Positions 28,601 through 37,558 of a stretch of 50,547 bases of DNA are shown here, piece after piece. Numbering within the stretch: position 1 is the stretch's first letter; each line of letters starts with the position of its first letter. The stretch is from a virus. Lineage: Duplodnaviria > Caudoviricetes. The position numbers were made by a program, and so were the translations under genes. The notes under the pieces are model-generated. The model saw only the letters and a list, made by a program, of their open reading frames with translations, had not been told where the DNA came from and made no database searches. The DNA lies in the IMG/VR virus record IMGVR_UViG_3300030329_004012, positions 1 through 50,547 of that record; one strand, written 5' to 3'.

Positions 28601-31600
28601 GATACAGTTTCTAAATTTTTTAGAGACAATAAAACGTTTATTCCTAATGCAACTGCTTTAAACAAAAGAAATCAAATATGGTTTACTCCTGGATGGAAAG
28701 CAGACCGTGAATTTGTTAAAGACTTTATGAAAACTAGGTCAGGTAAAAAAGGTTTTATAAATGATTTGATAACAAAATTAGACGAATTAAATATACCTGT
28801 TATTTATAAGACTAAAATTACTTCAGCCCTTCAGCCTGATGTATATACCGCAGCAAGAACAAACCGTAAAACTCGTGAAATATATATAGATAAAGATTTA
28901 ATGAAAAAGAAATTCAAGGAAAAAGCTTGGACAAAACCTAGGATGAAAGGTGTTGACCCTTTACCTGAAGATGCTTTTAAAACTTATAAGCAATGGGAAA
29001 ACTTTGTAATCGCTCATGAAAGAGCTCATTTTACTAAAGAAAATCAAGCTTTACCTAAAGGTCCTGAAAGAGAAAATCATGCTAATAAAGTTGCTTTAGA
29101 TGTTGTTCAAGGTAAACAAGATTCATTTAAATATATTATAGTTAAAGATGTTGATAAAGAATTAGGGAGAAGAATAAAGCTAACTGATAAAAATAGTGAC
29201 GACCCTACAAGTGTAGATGGTATGATTATAGTTAGAGATGATATTGTTGATGCTATAAATGCAGATGCTGGACAACCACCTTCTGGGCAAAATAAATCAT
29301 TTATTGTTAGTCCTGATAGTAATAATGGAGCATTGCTTGGTAAATATATGATGCATTCTGCTGGCCGAGAAGCAACTAGAGCTATGCAAAAGAAGGGATT
29401 ACATTTTATAATGCAAGAATCAGCAGTTAAACAAGCTGGTGATAGAAAAATAGGTTCATATAGTTATGATGGAAAGTCTTTAAAATATAGCTCTCCTGAG
29501 TATTCCCTTCCTATAGAGCATATAAAATATAACTACTCAGTTAAACAAGATGCTCATATGTTAGACCCTAAACGTATTCCTAAGCAGCTATTTATGGCTA
29601 TGGGTAAGAATGCTTTCTCAGAGTTCTCTAATGATTTAATAAATGATTTCTTTACTGAAACAGTTTATAAAAGATTTAGGGGAGAAGATGCTTATAATAA
29701 TATGTTAGACAACTATATAAATAATCCTAGGAAAGAAAAGTTAAATGAATTACTAGACAATATTGACAAAGTAGGAATAGATAATTTGTTACATGCTATT
29801 AAACATGGTCATAATGATTTTACTGATTTGGCTTATGCTAAGCTAATGAAATTTAATAGAGAAGCTTTACGTGAAATGGTAGCTTCTGGAGAAATGTCTG
29901 CTGAAAGAATGCAAGAAGTAGAAAATAATTTACTTGAATTTAATACTGCAACAGATAGATTAATTAAAGAATCTGATATATGGTCTACAAAAGAGAAGGC
30001 TGCAGGTCGTGATGGAGATATTACTCCTATATTTTTACATAAATATGTCAGACCTTTTAGAGTTCAGGTTATTAGAAATTATATAATGGAAAATTTATCA
30101 AAACCTAAGATAAAAAATTCAGCTGTAGCTCGTATGAGAGGTTATGATAAGTTTTTTCAATCTAAAAAAGAATTTAAAGAACTTGAAACAAGAGATGATA
30201 TATTCTTTTTAGATGAGTCTTATAGAGATTTAAAACTAGATACTCATTTAGGAAAGGAATTTAATACTTTAGGTAAATTATGGGAAGCATATGTTAGTAA
30301 GGGTAAAAAATGGGTTCATAGAGCTGATGCTAAAGAAATATTAAGAGCTGCTACTGTTCGTGTTCCTATGGATTCTACTAGTGGTGCTCAAGTAATGCAT
30401 TTTGGAGGATTTACTGGAAGAAAAGGTCATGGTATAATGATGCATTCAAGAGCTATGAAAGCTGAAGGTGGTGCTGACCTTGATGGAGATGAAGCGTTTA
30501 TCTTCTTTGGTGGTAGAAAAGGCGGAAAAGGTGATGGATTTAAAAAGTCTTGGAAAGATGCATTTAGAGCTAATAAAGAAGAGTTTTATGAAGGTGGAGA
30601 ATTAGAAACTATCTCACGATTTTCTCCTTCATTATTAAAAGCAAATCCAGATAAAGTGTATTTGTTTGGAGATAATTTAGCAAAAGTTGGAAGAGGACCT
30701 GGGGCTGGTCAAGCTATTATAAGAGATGAGCCTAATGCTTATGGTATTCCGACTAAAAAAAGTCCACGAGTATTTATGACTGACAAAGAATATGATGCTA
30801 ATATAAAAGCTATAGATAAAGCTTTTAATTCTGTGCCTAAGGATAAAACTGTAGTTCTTCCAAAAGATGGGCTTGGTACTGGTAGAGCTCAATTAAAAAC
30901 TAAAGCGCCTAAAACTTGGGCTTATTTACAAAAGAAACTGAATGAACTAAAATCTAGCCGAGGTCAAGCTGAATATACTTACGATAATAAAAATGAAAAA
31001 GTAAGAAAAGAATTAACGCTTCAAGATAGTATATCAGAAACTGGTATAGACCCTAAAGTAAGAGATAGTGCTGCTTGGAAATACATGCCTGGTTGGAGAG
31101 TTATGATTTCAGAAAGAGCTAGAGATGGAAGGAATCAATTGGGTTCAGCTTCTAATAATGTTCAATTATTAAAAGCATTTCATAATTCTTTATTAGAAAA
31201 AGGGCAAGATAGATACTTTATAGGTAAAGGGAAAAATAAAAAAGAGATTATTGTAACACCTAAAAAGGATATAACCAAAGCAAGAAAGCTAGCCTCTTCT
31301 ATGATAGCTTTTGCATCTGACCCTTTAGATGAAGCAGGATTAAGAAACTATAAAAATTGGTATGTTAAATTATATGATTCCTATTTTAACGTAACTAAAG
31401 ATGGTAAAAAAGTTAGATTAACTGAAAAAGATTTTAATTCTTTATCTTATAATGGTATGTATAATCAGTTAAGAAAAATGAACCAAGGTATGTTCAGTAG
31501 AAATTGGTCTGCTGATAGAAATTTCAATATGCATGAAATTAATATGATGACAGCAGGTGTAACAGATAAAACTACATTTGGTAATGAGTCTTTTAGAAAT

Positions 31601-34600
31601 ACAATGTTACCTAAATTAGCTAGTATCGCTAATAAGATAGACTATTCTGATTCGGTTTATCGTAGAGCTCACCTTACATCATTAGAAAATATGTATAAAG
31701 AACATACTGAATTAATTAAAAAATATCCTGATTTGGTTAAATTATTAGGAAGAAGTACTATAGATGTTCCATTAAATAACTACGTAAAAAATGTTAAAGA
31801 ATTTTATTTATACAATGACAATGCTATTGATATTGTTTCAAAGAATTATACAACTTTTGTTAAAGCATTAAAGGGGACTCATTTTTCTCATAAGCTTAAA
31901 GCAGGTGAACTTAAAGATAATACTTGGAAGAATATTCAAAAAAGAAAATTTGTTCTAGAGAAATTAAGAGACCTTTCAGAAGACTTTTTAGTAAATGATA
32001 TAACAGATATGGTTACAGTTAAACTATTAGCTAAAGATGCTGGTAAAGTTTCTAAAAATGAATTTAAAGAGATACATAGATTCACAGATAAATTAAAGAA
32101 ACAAAGTTATTTAATGGCTAAAAATAGACGTAATTTTATGGACTCCTTTAATCGATTAGATAAAATGGACCCTGAGCATAGAGAATTTTTTAGAGAAATG
32201 TATAATGCTCATGAGAAACTTTATGGGAAAGAAGAAACAAAGAAAGTTTTTCCTGGGGGAAGAAAACAATTTGAAACTCCTGTTGAAGATATATCTGCAT
32301 TAAAAGACCAGCTTGAAATAGATGCTGAACTTAAAACCTTTAAACAAAAGTTAAGTCCTGAAGGGAAAAGACTTACAGATATACTTATGTTAGGTTCTTT
32401 AAGAAGAGGAAAGCTTAGTGAAATAAATAAGCTAGATAAAGAATGGGGTAAGAAACTTAGAAAAGACCCTTTATATGAAGATTTATTGCATAGTTTAAAA
32501 ATGAAAGGTTCAAAGACTGGTGTTTCTAAACTAGGACTATCTTCTCAGGAAGTTGATGGTAAAGTTTTAAGAGAATTTTTTGGAGAGTTTTCTAAAGTTA
32601 TGCGTAAATCTTGGGATAAACCAACTGAACTTGATGCTGAAGTAAAGGATGCGAATAAACGTAAAGAAGGAACTGTTAATGAAGAGTTTATTGATAAGAA
32701 AGTAGAAGGAACTGAAGTTGATGAAATATATTCAGGTTTTGAAGGTTTAGAAAAAGCTGATTTATCTGTATTAACTCCTGAAAAAAGGCAAATAATTACA
32801 GAACTTGCAGAGAATCTAAAGTTTTATAATAATAAAATGGGGAAAGACTTAAATGCTTTAACTAGAGGAATGTTCGAAAAAGATTTAAATGCTATGAACT
32901 TAGCTGATTTTGCTGATATGAATGCTTACTTTAAAGAAGTTAGAGGTGGAACTATATGGCAAAAGTTATTTAATGAGAAAACTCCTGATATGAGAAAAAG
33001 ATATTGGTGGCAATTTCCAGCTACTGTTGGAAGAGAAATGATGAAGTATGAGATAATGTTCTTAAAGAGTAAAGGTATATTTAAAACACAAAAAGGATTA
33101 GTGCCTGAAAAAGGTGGTGTAATAATGAAGCCTACCAATGTAATATCAGCAGCTCAAAAAATTCTTGGAAGAATGTCAGAACAAGGTGTTCAAGAAGGTG
33201 AAAGACTTGTTGGTGACTTAAGAAAAAAACTTGGATTTTTAGAAGGACTATCAGATGGTGAAGCATTAAGAAGACTTGCTGTAGCTAAAGCTGAAACAGC
33301 TGAAATAGAAAGAATATTCAATAGTGAACATATACCAAATGAACTAAAAGGTATTCAAGCTGATGAGTATAGATTAAGATACAAGGAAGAATTAAAAAAA
33401 TCTGATTATATAAATAAAAAAGATAAGAAGTATATCGTAACTAATACTAAAGGTGAAAGAGAAACTTTAAAGGGAAGTGATATAGTTAAAAGAGTTGAAG
33501 AAGTCTATGATGCTCATTTTAAGGAAATGTTTAAAACAATTGAAGGTGAATCAGGTGTTCTTGATAAATATACCTTAGGTTATTATGATAAAAATATAAA
33601 AGAAAAGCCTATAATTGACCATAAAGCTTTTATAAAGGATGTGTTAAAAGACTTTAATGCAGGTAAAGGTATCTCTCTTAAATATGGTCTAACTCCATTA
33701 AGACATATTTCTAGGTCTATGATGATTGAACAAGCTAAAATCTTAGGCAATCAAAAGCTTTTAACTAAGCTATTAAAATTTGAAATACCTACTGTTCGTA
33801 GAATTAGAGAAGGTTATTATCCTCATATGTTCTTTAGCAAATCTAAAGCTATGGATGCTTTGAAAAGGGCTCATGACTATATAAAGAATTTACCTGAAAA
33901 TGTTATGTCAAAAGAAGATAAGATTGTTCAAATACAAAAGCTACTTACTAAACACAAGACTCTTACTGGTGATTGGATGGAAGGGATAGAAAATTGGGAT
34001 GCTTTTGATAAAGCTGTCCAAAATATAAAAGAGAAAAAAAGTACTGACCCTATTAGTGCATTTGATAATGCTAATCAAATGACAGGTTCTATGCATCATA
34101 GAATGTCTCATGTTGGAGGATGGTCTATTGATGCGGCTGCTGCTGAATCATATACTCGTAATCAAATAAACACTTACTATAAACAATTCTCTCAAATTAT
34201 GTCTCGTGATTTATTAAATAAATTTACTGAAAAGGCTATGTCTAAGCCTCATGAATGGCATAAAATTAAAGATTATGGCGATAATACATCTTTATTAACC
34301 AGATGGCAAAATTGGTTAAAACTTTATATATCTGAATCTATGGGAAGTCCTAGTATTATACCTGACTTTATATTAAATGACCCTAAAATGAAAGTAAAAG
34401 GTACTCCTTATGCTTGGTGGGCTGATAATAAAGTTAAAGAAAAAGCTAATAAAATAGCTAAAAAGCTAGGATTAAGAGGTAAAAATTTACTTACTGTTAA
34501 AGAAGACCTTGAAAGAATTGACTATAATGATATACGACATTGGTCTAATCTTGAAGCTAAATTCGAATTAATGTCTTTACTTGCTCATCCAAAGTCTGCT

Positions 34601-35704
34601 GTAGCTAATATATTTGGTGGTTCTTTACATACTGTACAATCAACGGGTTTAGAATATTTAAGAAAAGCAAGAAGTATAAGTGATTTACAAAAAATAAATC
34701 CTAATTGGGAATCTTTAACTGATGTTGATAAGTTTGTTGTAAAGCATGGTGTATTACCAGAATTCATTATTGCTGAACTAGGTTTGTCTAGAGAAGCTCA
34801 AGCTACTAATGTAAAAGCATTTATTAAAGATTTATCTGCTAAAATAACTAAAACTGGTGAAGTTGATAAGGAAACTTTAAGAGATATAAATCGTAAACAT
34901 AAAGTTAGTGAAAGTATAATGAATAAAGCAGCTAAATTTATGTCTGTTCCTGAAAGAGCTCTTCGTAGAGATGCGTTTATGGCTCATTATATTAAAGCTT
35001 GGGAAAGATTTGGTGGAGCTATAAAAAATCCAGACCATCCATTCTTAATTGAAATGGCTAAGAAAGGTGTTAAAGCTACACAGTTCTTATATAGTGCTCC
35101 ATATAGACCAGCTTTTGCCAGAACAGCTCTTGGTAAGGTGATGACTCGTTTCCAATTGTGGTCTTGGAATGCTGTAAGGTTTAGAAATGATGTTATAAGA
35201 GAAGCTAAAGTAAGGGGATATAGAAGAGGTACTGCTGAATTTGAGAGGTTTAAGAGAACAATGCAAACAGACTTGTTTGTTTTAGCTCTTGCTAATGCAT
35301 TTGCTTATTCTTTATTTGATAGTGCTTTACCAGCTCCTTACAACTGGTTAAAGGATACTTCTGAATGGATATTCGGTGATGAAAAAGAGAGAAACAAAGC
35401 CTTTTTTGGAACTTGGCCTAGTGCTATAGCTCCCTTACAAATTGTTACTCCTCCTATAATGAGACTTCCTGTTGCGGGATTAAGAGCATTTTTAGATAAT
35501 GACTATGAAAAATTAGCTCATTATCATGTGTATACTATGTTACCATTTGGAAGAATGGTAAGAGATGTATCTCCACTTGCTAAAGGTAATTTGATAGAAA
35601 ACCCTAGTAGAATACTAGAGAAATCAATGGGATTTCCGTTAGGGGATTTACAAGGTATGGCAAAGAAAATAAAAGAGGGTGATGCCTATCATCCTAGATA
35701 TTAA
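25619..35704 (+). CDS. Giant virion protein, 3361 aa: putative two-barrel (DPBB) virion RNA polymerase with accessory domains
   Basis: R1581-V-P and GGAD1620LDGD motif; upstream DG (D1200), LLGK1242 and SAVK1271; SLOG-like (about aa 400-580), HExxH (H1133) and macro-like (about aa 1680-1775) inserts. Confidence 0.78.
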   Translation: MPINLGYQYPNFSSQPNTYTPIGDNAATEEGFQPNLSEKNLKDLISLYKKNPTLIPPQQVDNMQKHAVLYNVPFHKGDFSIMGALSEFGKGFLSGFTTMDIGDPPDNEYEAIIRNIGHLAGFAPGIAAGPLKALRVPALAQAAMALNNRSVPMMGANWLTKKAKKIVKPALETAIKGKGDATKTITKFLLGPKAKHMAEGAFHLGAASAISSWTQGVDAMMHSAFGGAVAGGAFRAMGNFVNTGSKDADKIVRGLAGSLFMGLPATARGATTAEQVYEYLLGAYFGGKEMPWYKAKGAKTMASLEKQAQKNPELAITRDPRLLKEWKSLEPEVQKEVKELAEKAYGNADERSAAAHLLMKEMGILDKNTKLPTPQGFTELKKVVGGQELIRLTDPNQVLHHGISGASRGSDAYWAIVGKNYQVPFVHYSFKGQKTSRGAGKIRELNQAELAEANIKIKKADESLNRLKGKQAKGFTQKLLQRNWWQVKTSRGIYALGKIIKGGTELQGGSGWATQMAIDARKKHVYAWDTASKKWHRYDYKLKKFRMLDRTPKLVKRFAGIGTRKLSNEGRKAIEDIYAVTFGKKKPLVTRKAEAISEKDISVIPAERLKRLNELSEQEVILDKELDIHIQDSKNPDLSNSQRISAKKEAQKVAAQLNEIRKEMKDEAYSTVKEEELQSSETQDGNDIGMISGRELEKKSVYFIDKYAKKLWDDAGYTPVMKLTKKAQFASILQDIVNKPKYSKKGSRVKVEEIINEFESTIKKQGEDISIRAEGKRNLRQWLTLKSFGKQVRYLRADDRGIYIAPLDRVITRAGNKKLVNEPTKRLEEVFLELGGKETDKEPPIVIFDTITSGKDGAYKDLSLSRYRQMEERDDFTGTPYYSYIKKVFKKMLGKGYYPFGGRGDADAITFVKMNPMLTNKSEMRLFKRAVEKSLGQKGIKQIKDGMALFKKTYGLSNKVQDMYYSNLLYDIQMNGFRPDLQVGTRLEKAKIWNDTVSKFFRDNKTFIPNATALNKRNQIWFTPGWKADREFVKDFMKTRSGKKGFINDLITKLDELNIPVIYKTKITSALQPDVYTAARTNRKTREIYIDKDLMKKKFKEKAWTKPRMKGVDPLPEDAFKTYKQWENFVIAHERAHFTKENQALPKGPERENHANKVALDVVQGKQDSFKYIIVKDVDKELGRRIKLTDKNSDDPTSVDGMIIVRDDIVDAINADAGQPPSGQNKSFIVSPDSNNGALLGKYMMHSAGREATRAMQKKGLHFIMQESAVKQAGDRKIGSYSYDGKSLKYSSPEYSLPIEHIKYNYSVKQDAHMLDPKRIPKQLFMAMGKNAFSEFSNDLINDFFTETVYKRFRGEDAYNNMLDNYINNPRKEKLNELLDNIDKVGIDNLLHAIKHGHNDFTDLAYAKLMKFNREALREMVASGEMSAERMQEVENNLLEFNTATDRLIKESDIWSTKEKAAGRDGDITPIFLHKYVRPFRVQVIRNYIMENLSKPKIKNSAVARMRGYDKFFQSKKEFKELETRDDIFFLDESYRDLKLDTHLGKEFNTLGKLWEAYVSKGKKWVHRADAKEILRAATVRVPMDSTSGAQVMHFGGFTGRKGHGIMMHSRAMKAEGGADLDGDEAFIFFGGRKGGKGDGFKKSWKDAFRANKEEFYEGGELETISRFSPSLLKANPDKVYLFGDNLAKVGRGPGAGQAIIRDEPNAYGIPTKKSPRVFMTDKEYDANIKAIDKAFNSVPKDKTVVLPKDGLGTGRAQLKTKAPKTWAYLQKKLNELKSSRGQAEYTYDNKNEKVRKELTLQDSISETGIDPKVRDSAAWKYMPGWRVMISERARDGRNQLGSASNNVQLLKAFHNSLLEKGQDRYFIGKGKNKKEIIVTPKKDITKARKLASSMIAFASDPLDEAGLRNYKNWYVKLYDSYFNVTKDGKKVRLTEKDFNSLSYNGMYNQLRKMNQGMFSRNWSADRNFNMHEINMMTAGVTDKTTFGNESFRNTMLPKLASIANKIDYSDSVYRRAHLTSLENMYKEHTELIKKYPDLVKLLGRSTIDVPLNNYVKNVKEFYLYNDNAIDIVSKNYTTFVKALKGTHFSHKLKAGELKDNTWKNIQKRKFVLEKLRDLSEDFLVNDITDMVTVKLLAKDAGKVSKNEFKEIHRFTDKLKKQSYLMAKNRRNFMDSFNRLDKMDPEHREFFREMYNAHEKLYGKEETKKVFPGGRKQFETPVEDISALKDQLEIDAELKTFKQKLSPEGKRLTDILMLGSLRRGKLSEINKLDKEWGKKLRKDPLYEDLLHSLKMKGSKTGVSKLGLSSQEVDGKVLREFFGEFSKVMRKSWDKPTELDAEVKDANKRKEGTVNEEFIDKKVEGTEVDEIYSGFEGLEKADLSVLTPEKRQIITELAENLKFYNNKMGKDLNALTRGMFEKDLNAMNLADFADMNAYFKEVRGGTIWQKLFNEKTPDMRKRYWWQFPATVGREMMKYEIMFLKSKGIFKTQKGLVPEKGGVIMKPTNVISAAQKILGRMSEQGVQEGERLVGDLRKKLGFLEGLSDGEALRRLAVAKAETAEIERIFNSEHIPNELKGIQADEYRLRYKEELKKSDYINKKDKKYIVTNTKGERETLKGSDIVKRVEEVYDAHFKEMFKTIEGESGVLDKYTLGYYDKNIKEKPIIDHKAFIKDVLKDFNAGKGISLKYGLTPLRHISRSMMIEQAKILGNQKLLTKLLKFEIPTVRRIREGYYPHMFFSKSKAMDALKRAHDYIKNLPENVMSKEDKIVQIQKLLTKHKTLTGDWMEGIENWDAFDKAVQNIKEKKSTDPISAFDNANQMTGSMHHRMSHVGGWSIDAAAAESYTRNQINTYYKQFSQIMSRDLLNKFTEKAMSKPHEWHKIKDYGDNTSLLTRWQNWLKLYISESMGSPSIIPDFILNDPKMKVKGTPYAWWADNKVKEKANKIAKKLGLRGKNLLTVKEDLERIDYNDIRHWSNLEAKFELMSLLAHPKSAVANIFGGSLHTVQSTGLEYLRKARSISDLQKINPNWESLTDVDKFVVKHGVLPEFIIAELGLSREAQATNVKAFIKDLSAKITKTGEVDKETLRDINRKHKVSESIMNKAAKFMSVPERALRRDAFMAHYIKAWERFGGAIKNPDHPFLIEMAKKGVKATQFLYSAPYRPAFARTALGKVMTRFQLWSWNAVRFRNDVIREAKVRGYRRGTAEFERFKRTMQTDLFVLALANAFAYSLFDSALPAPYNWLKDTSEWIFGDEKERNKAFFGTWPSAIAPLQIVTPPIMRLPVAGLRAFLDNDYEKLAHYHVYTMLPFGRMVRDVSPLAKGNLIENPSRILEKSMGFPLGDLQGMAKKIKEGDAYHPRY

Positions 35705-35718
35705 AGTGTATTTGAAAG

Positions 35719-35898
35719 TTAATTTTTTCTTATATGCTCTAATGTTTTAGCTACAAGCATATCGTCTGATATACAATCTAAATGTATTACTAAGAAACTG
35801 TCTTCCATAAAAGTTTCATCGTGACAAAATCCATAAGTCAATTTAAAACAAGGTTCTAAATTATTTATTTCTTCACCACATTTATCACAAAATTCCAT
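35719..35898 (-). CDS. Small Zn-finger protein, 59 aa (not in ORF track)
   Basis: MEFCDKCGEEI...VIHLDCISDD...RKN*; CxxC plus HxxC. Confidence 0.65.
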   Translation of the reverse strand: MEFCDKCGEEINNLEPCFKLTYGFCHDETFMEDSFLVIHLDCISDDMLVAKTLEHIRKN

Positions 35899-35918
35899 AA
35901 TTTAATATAAGTATAAAA

Positions 35919-36272
35919 TTATTTTTTTGCTACATTTTTTTCTACAGGATTACCTATTGCTTCTGTATGGTCTAAATTTTCTTTAGGTTCTTGAATACTT
36001 AATTTTTTATTTGCTTCTTTTTTAGCTGATTCACCTAGTTCTTTTTGAGCTTTTTCTTCTTGCTCTTTATTCCATTGTTCTATATAGTCTTTAAACTTAT
36101 CTGAATCATTATTATATTTAACATATAATTCAAGTGCTAAATCTGTAGACTTAGCAAATGTATCTAAGTAATCTATTTTAGAACCTATATAATTTATAGT
36201 TTCAAAGATTTTTTGAATAGCTGTATCTATATCTTTTCTAGTTGGTTTGCCTTTACTTCCTTTTCTTGCCAT
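35919..36272 (-). CDS. Hypothetical protein
   Basis: 117-aa ORF with AGGAG RBS. Confidence 0.7.
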   Translation of the reverse strand: MARKGSKGKPTRKDIDTAIQKIFETINYIGSKIDYLDTFAKSTDLALELYVKYNNDSDKFKDYIEQWNKEQEEKAQKELGESAKKEANKKLSIQEPKENLDHTEAIGNPVEKNVAKK

Positions 36273-36390
36273 TTGACTTCTCCTTCTTCCATAATTGTTT
36301 TTCTTCTAATACTGGTTTTAAAATTAGTGTCCATAATATAAAACCAGAGATTGAAGTTACTGCTGTTATTAAAAATATGTCTAGTAACAT
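36253..36390 (-). CDS. Small membrane protein, 45 aa (not in ORF track)
   Basis: MLLDIFLITAVTSISGFILWTLILKPVLEEKQLWKKEKSNGKKRK*; AGGAG RBS. Confidence 0.6.
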   Translation of the reverse strand: MLLDIFLITAVTSISGFILWTLILKPVLEEKQLWKKEKSNGKKRK

Positions 36391-36618
36391 TTACTCTCCT
36401 TGTTCTTTCGCCAAAAAGCCTTCGAGTTCTTTTGTATACTCTTCGGCTTTTTTGCGAAGTTGTTTTTCACCTTTTAGTTCTTTTTCAAGAGAGCTAACTT
36501 GTTTTGCCAGCTCTCTTACTTTTCTACAGCATTTGTTCAATGCTTTTTCTACTATTTGTATCTCCAAGTTTAAACACCTCCTTAAGCTTAGCTTTTTGTT
36601 TAGGCTTAGGTTTACCAT
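36391..36618 (-). CDS. Small coiled-coil protein (true start probably a downstream TTG after AGGAGG)
   Basis: Heptad-rich ORF in the operon. Confidence 0.55.
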   Translation of the reverse strand: MVNLSLNKKLSLRRCLNLEIQIVEKALNKCCRKVRELAKQVSSLEKELKGEKQLRKKAEEYTKELEGFLAKEQGE

Positions 36619-37276
36619 AAGGGAAGTTTAAAAAGCACCATAAATCATATACTTTATGATGTATTTTATTCTTTTTATCAAACTTTCTAAACCCATAGTT
36701 AGGTTCTTTTATCCATTTACCTTTTAAGTAAAGTCCGTATATCTCTTCTATTTGACATTCAGGGAATATTAAGTTCCATAAGTCCATGTACATTAGTTGC
36801 TGTATCTCATGTGTCTTACGATAGTCTCCTGTTTTAATATCTATTATAGATAAACGTCCATTGATTGTCGCTATTATATCTGGAGTACCTGCCCAAGGTA
36901 AGTCTTTGTGATATAGGAATAGTTCTTTCGTTATCACTGTAGGCTTAATTTCTTCATACCATCTTTCGAAAGACATTAATGACTTCTGAATAAATTCATC
37001 ATTAATGATTATTTCTTCTCTGTCTAGTAAAAGTTCTATGTTTTCGTGTACGGATGTACCTCGTGCAGCTGCATCATCTCTTAGTTTGATAGCGTTCAAA
37101 CCATTCTTCATTAACCATTCATCAAAGAATTTACCTTTAGAACAGGTTTCTCCTATGATTGTTGTTACTGAAGGCTTCCAGTTATTGCTTTGTCCTTGTG
37201 AATACCAACGCCCTTCTCCTTCGTGTCTTTTAATCTTCGTCTTTTGTAGGTATTCGTCTATTAATAGTTTTCTCAT
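36524..37276 (-). CDS. PD-(D/E)XK exonuclease (lambda-exo/Cas4-like recombination nuclease)
   Basis: PSVTTII, RGTSVH, AGTPD, IIDIKTG, QQLMY motifs; AGGAG RBS favours ATG at 37276. Confidence 0.88.
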   Translation of the reverse strand: MRKLLIDEYLQKTKIKRHEGEGRWYSQGQSNNWKPSVTTIIGETCSKGKFFDEWLMKNGLNAIKLRDDAAARGTSVHENIELLLDREEIIINDEFIQKSLMSFERWYEEIKPTVITKELFLYHKDLPWAGTPDIIATINGRLSIIDIKTGDYRKTHEIQQLMYMDLWNLIFPECQIEEIYGLYLKGKWIKEPNYGFRKFDKKNKIHHKVYDLWCFLNFPYGKPKPKQKAKLKEVFKLGDTNSRKSIEQML

Positions 37277-37439
37277 TAAGTCTCCTGACCCATTGTTTGC
37301 TAACACCATTTGTTTTGATTGAACTCAATCTTGGTGTAATATCGCTTCAAGTTTCGCTATAACCACATGTCGAACATGTGTAACCACAGTCGCCACCTGA
37401 AACGATATTTCCACATTGTAAACAGTCAGTTATTTCCAT
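37230..37439 (-). CDS. Small Cys-rich Zn-finger protein with in-frame TGA at codon 31 (candidate selenoprotein, 69 aa; 30 aa if TGA is a stop)
   Basis: MEITDCLQCGNIVSGGDCGYTCSTCGYSET-TGA-SDITPRL...KDED*; hairpin directly downstream of the TGA. Confidence 0.55.
37303..37337 (-). promoter_or_regulatory. SECIS-like hairpin
   Basis: Begins 9 nt after the UGA: ACACCA-A-GAUUG-[AGUU]-CAAUC-AAAACAAA-UGGUGU. Confidence 0.45.
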
Positions 37440-37558
37440 AAATGCCTATAAATTGTCCTTATTGATACTTTGAATAGATTAGCTAATTTAGCAGGTTTAT
37501 ATCCAAAAAACCAAAGGAAATTTATAACCATTGTATCTAACTTGTTTAATTTCTTCAT
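37430..37558 (-). CDS. Small helix-turn-helix protein, 42 aa (not in ORF track)
   Basis: PAKLANLFKVSIRTIYRHL is a Hin-like HTH; ATGA coupling. Confidence 0.7.
   Translation of the reverse strand: MKKLNKLDTMVINFLWFFGYKPAKLANLFKVSIRTIYRHLWK

Noticed and set aside
35898-35932. Minus-strand promoter TAGCAA-17-TATATT giving a leaderless Zn-finger mRNA
   Set aside because: The -35 is weak and the context is very AT-rich; it could be chance, so it is not listed as a feature.
37347-37349. Genome-wide TGA reassignment (genetic code 4 or 25)
   Set aside because: TGA ends several genes with ATGA coupling (1626, 37555, 38548), and the long ORFs are intact under code 11.
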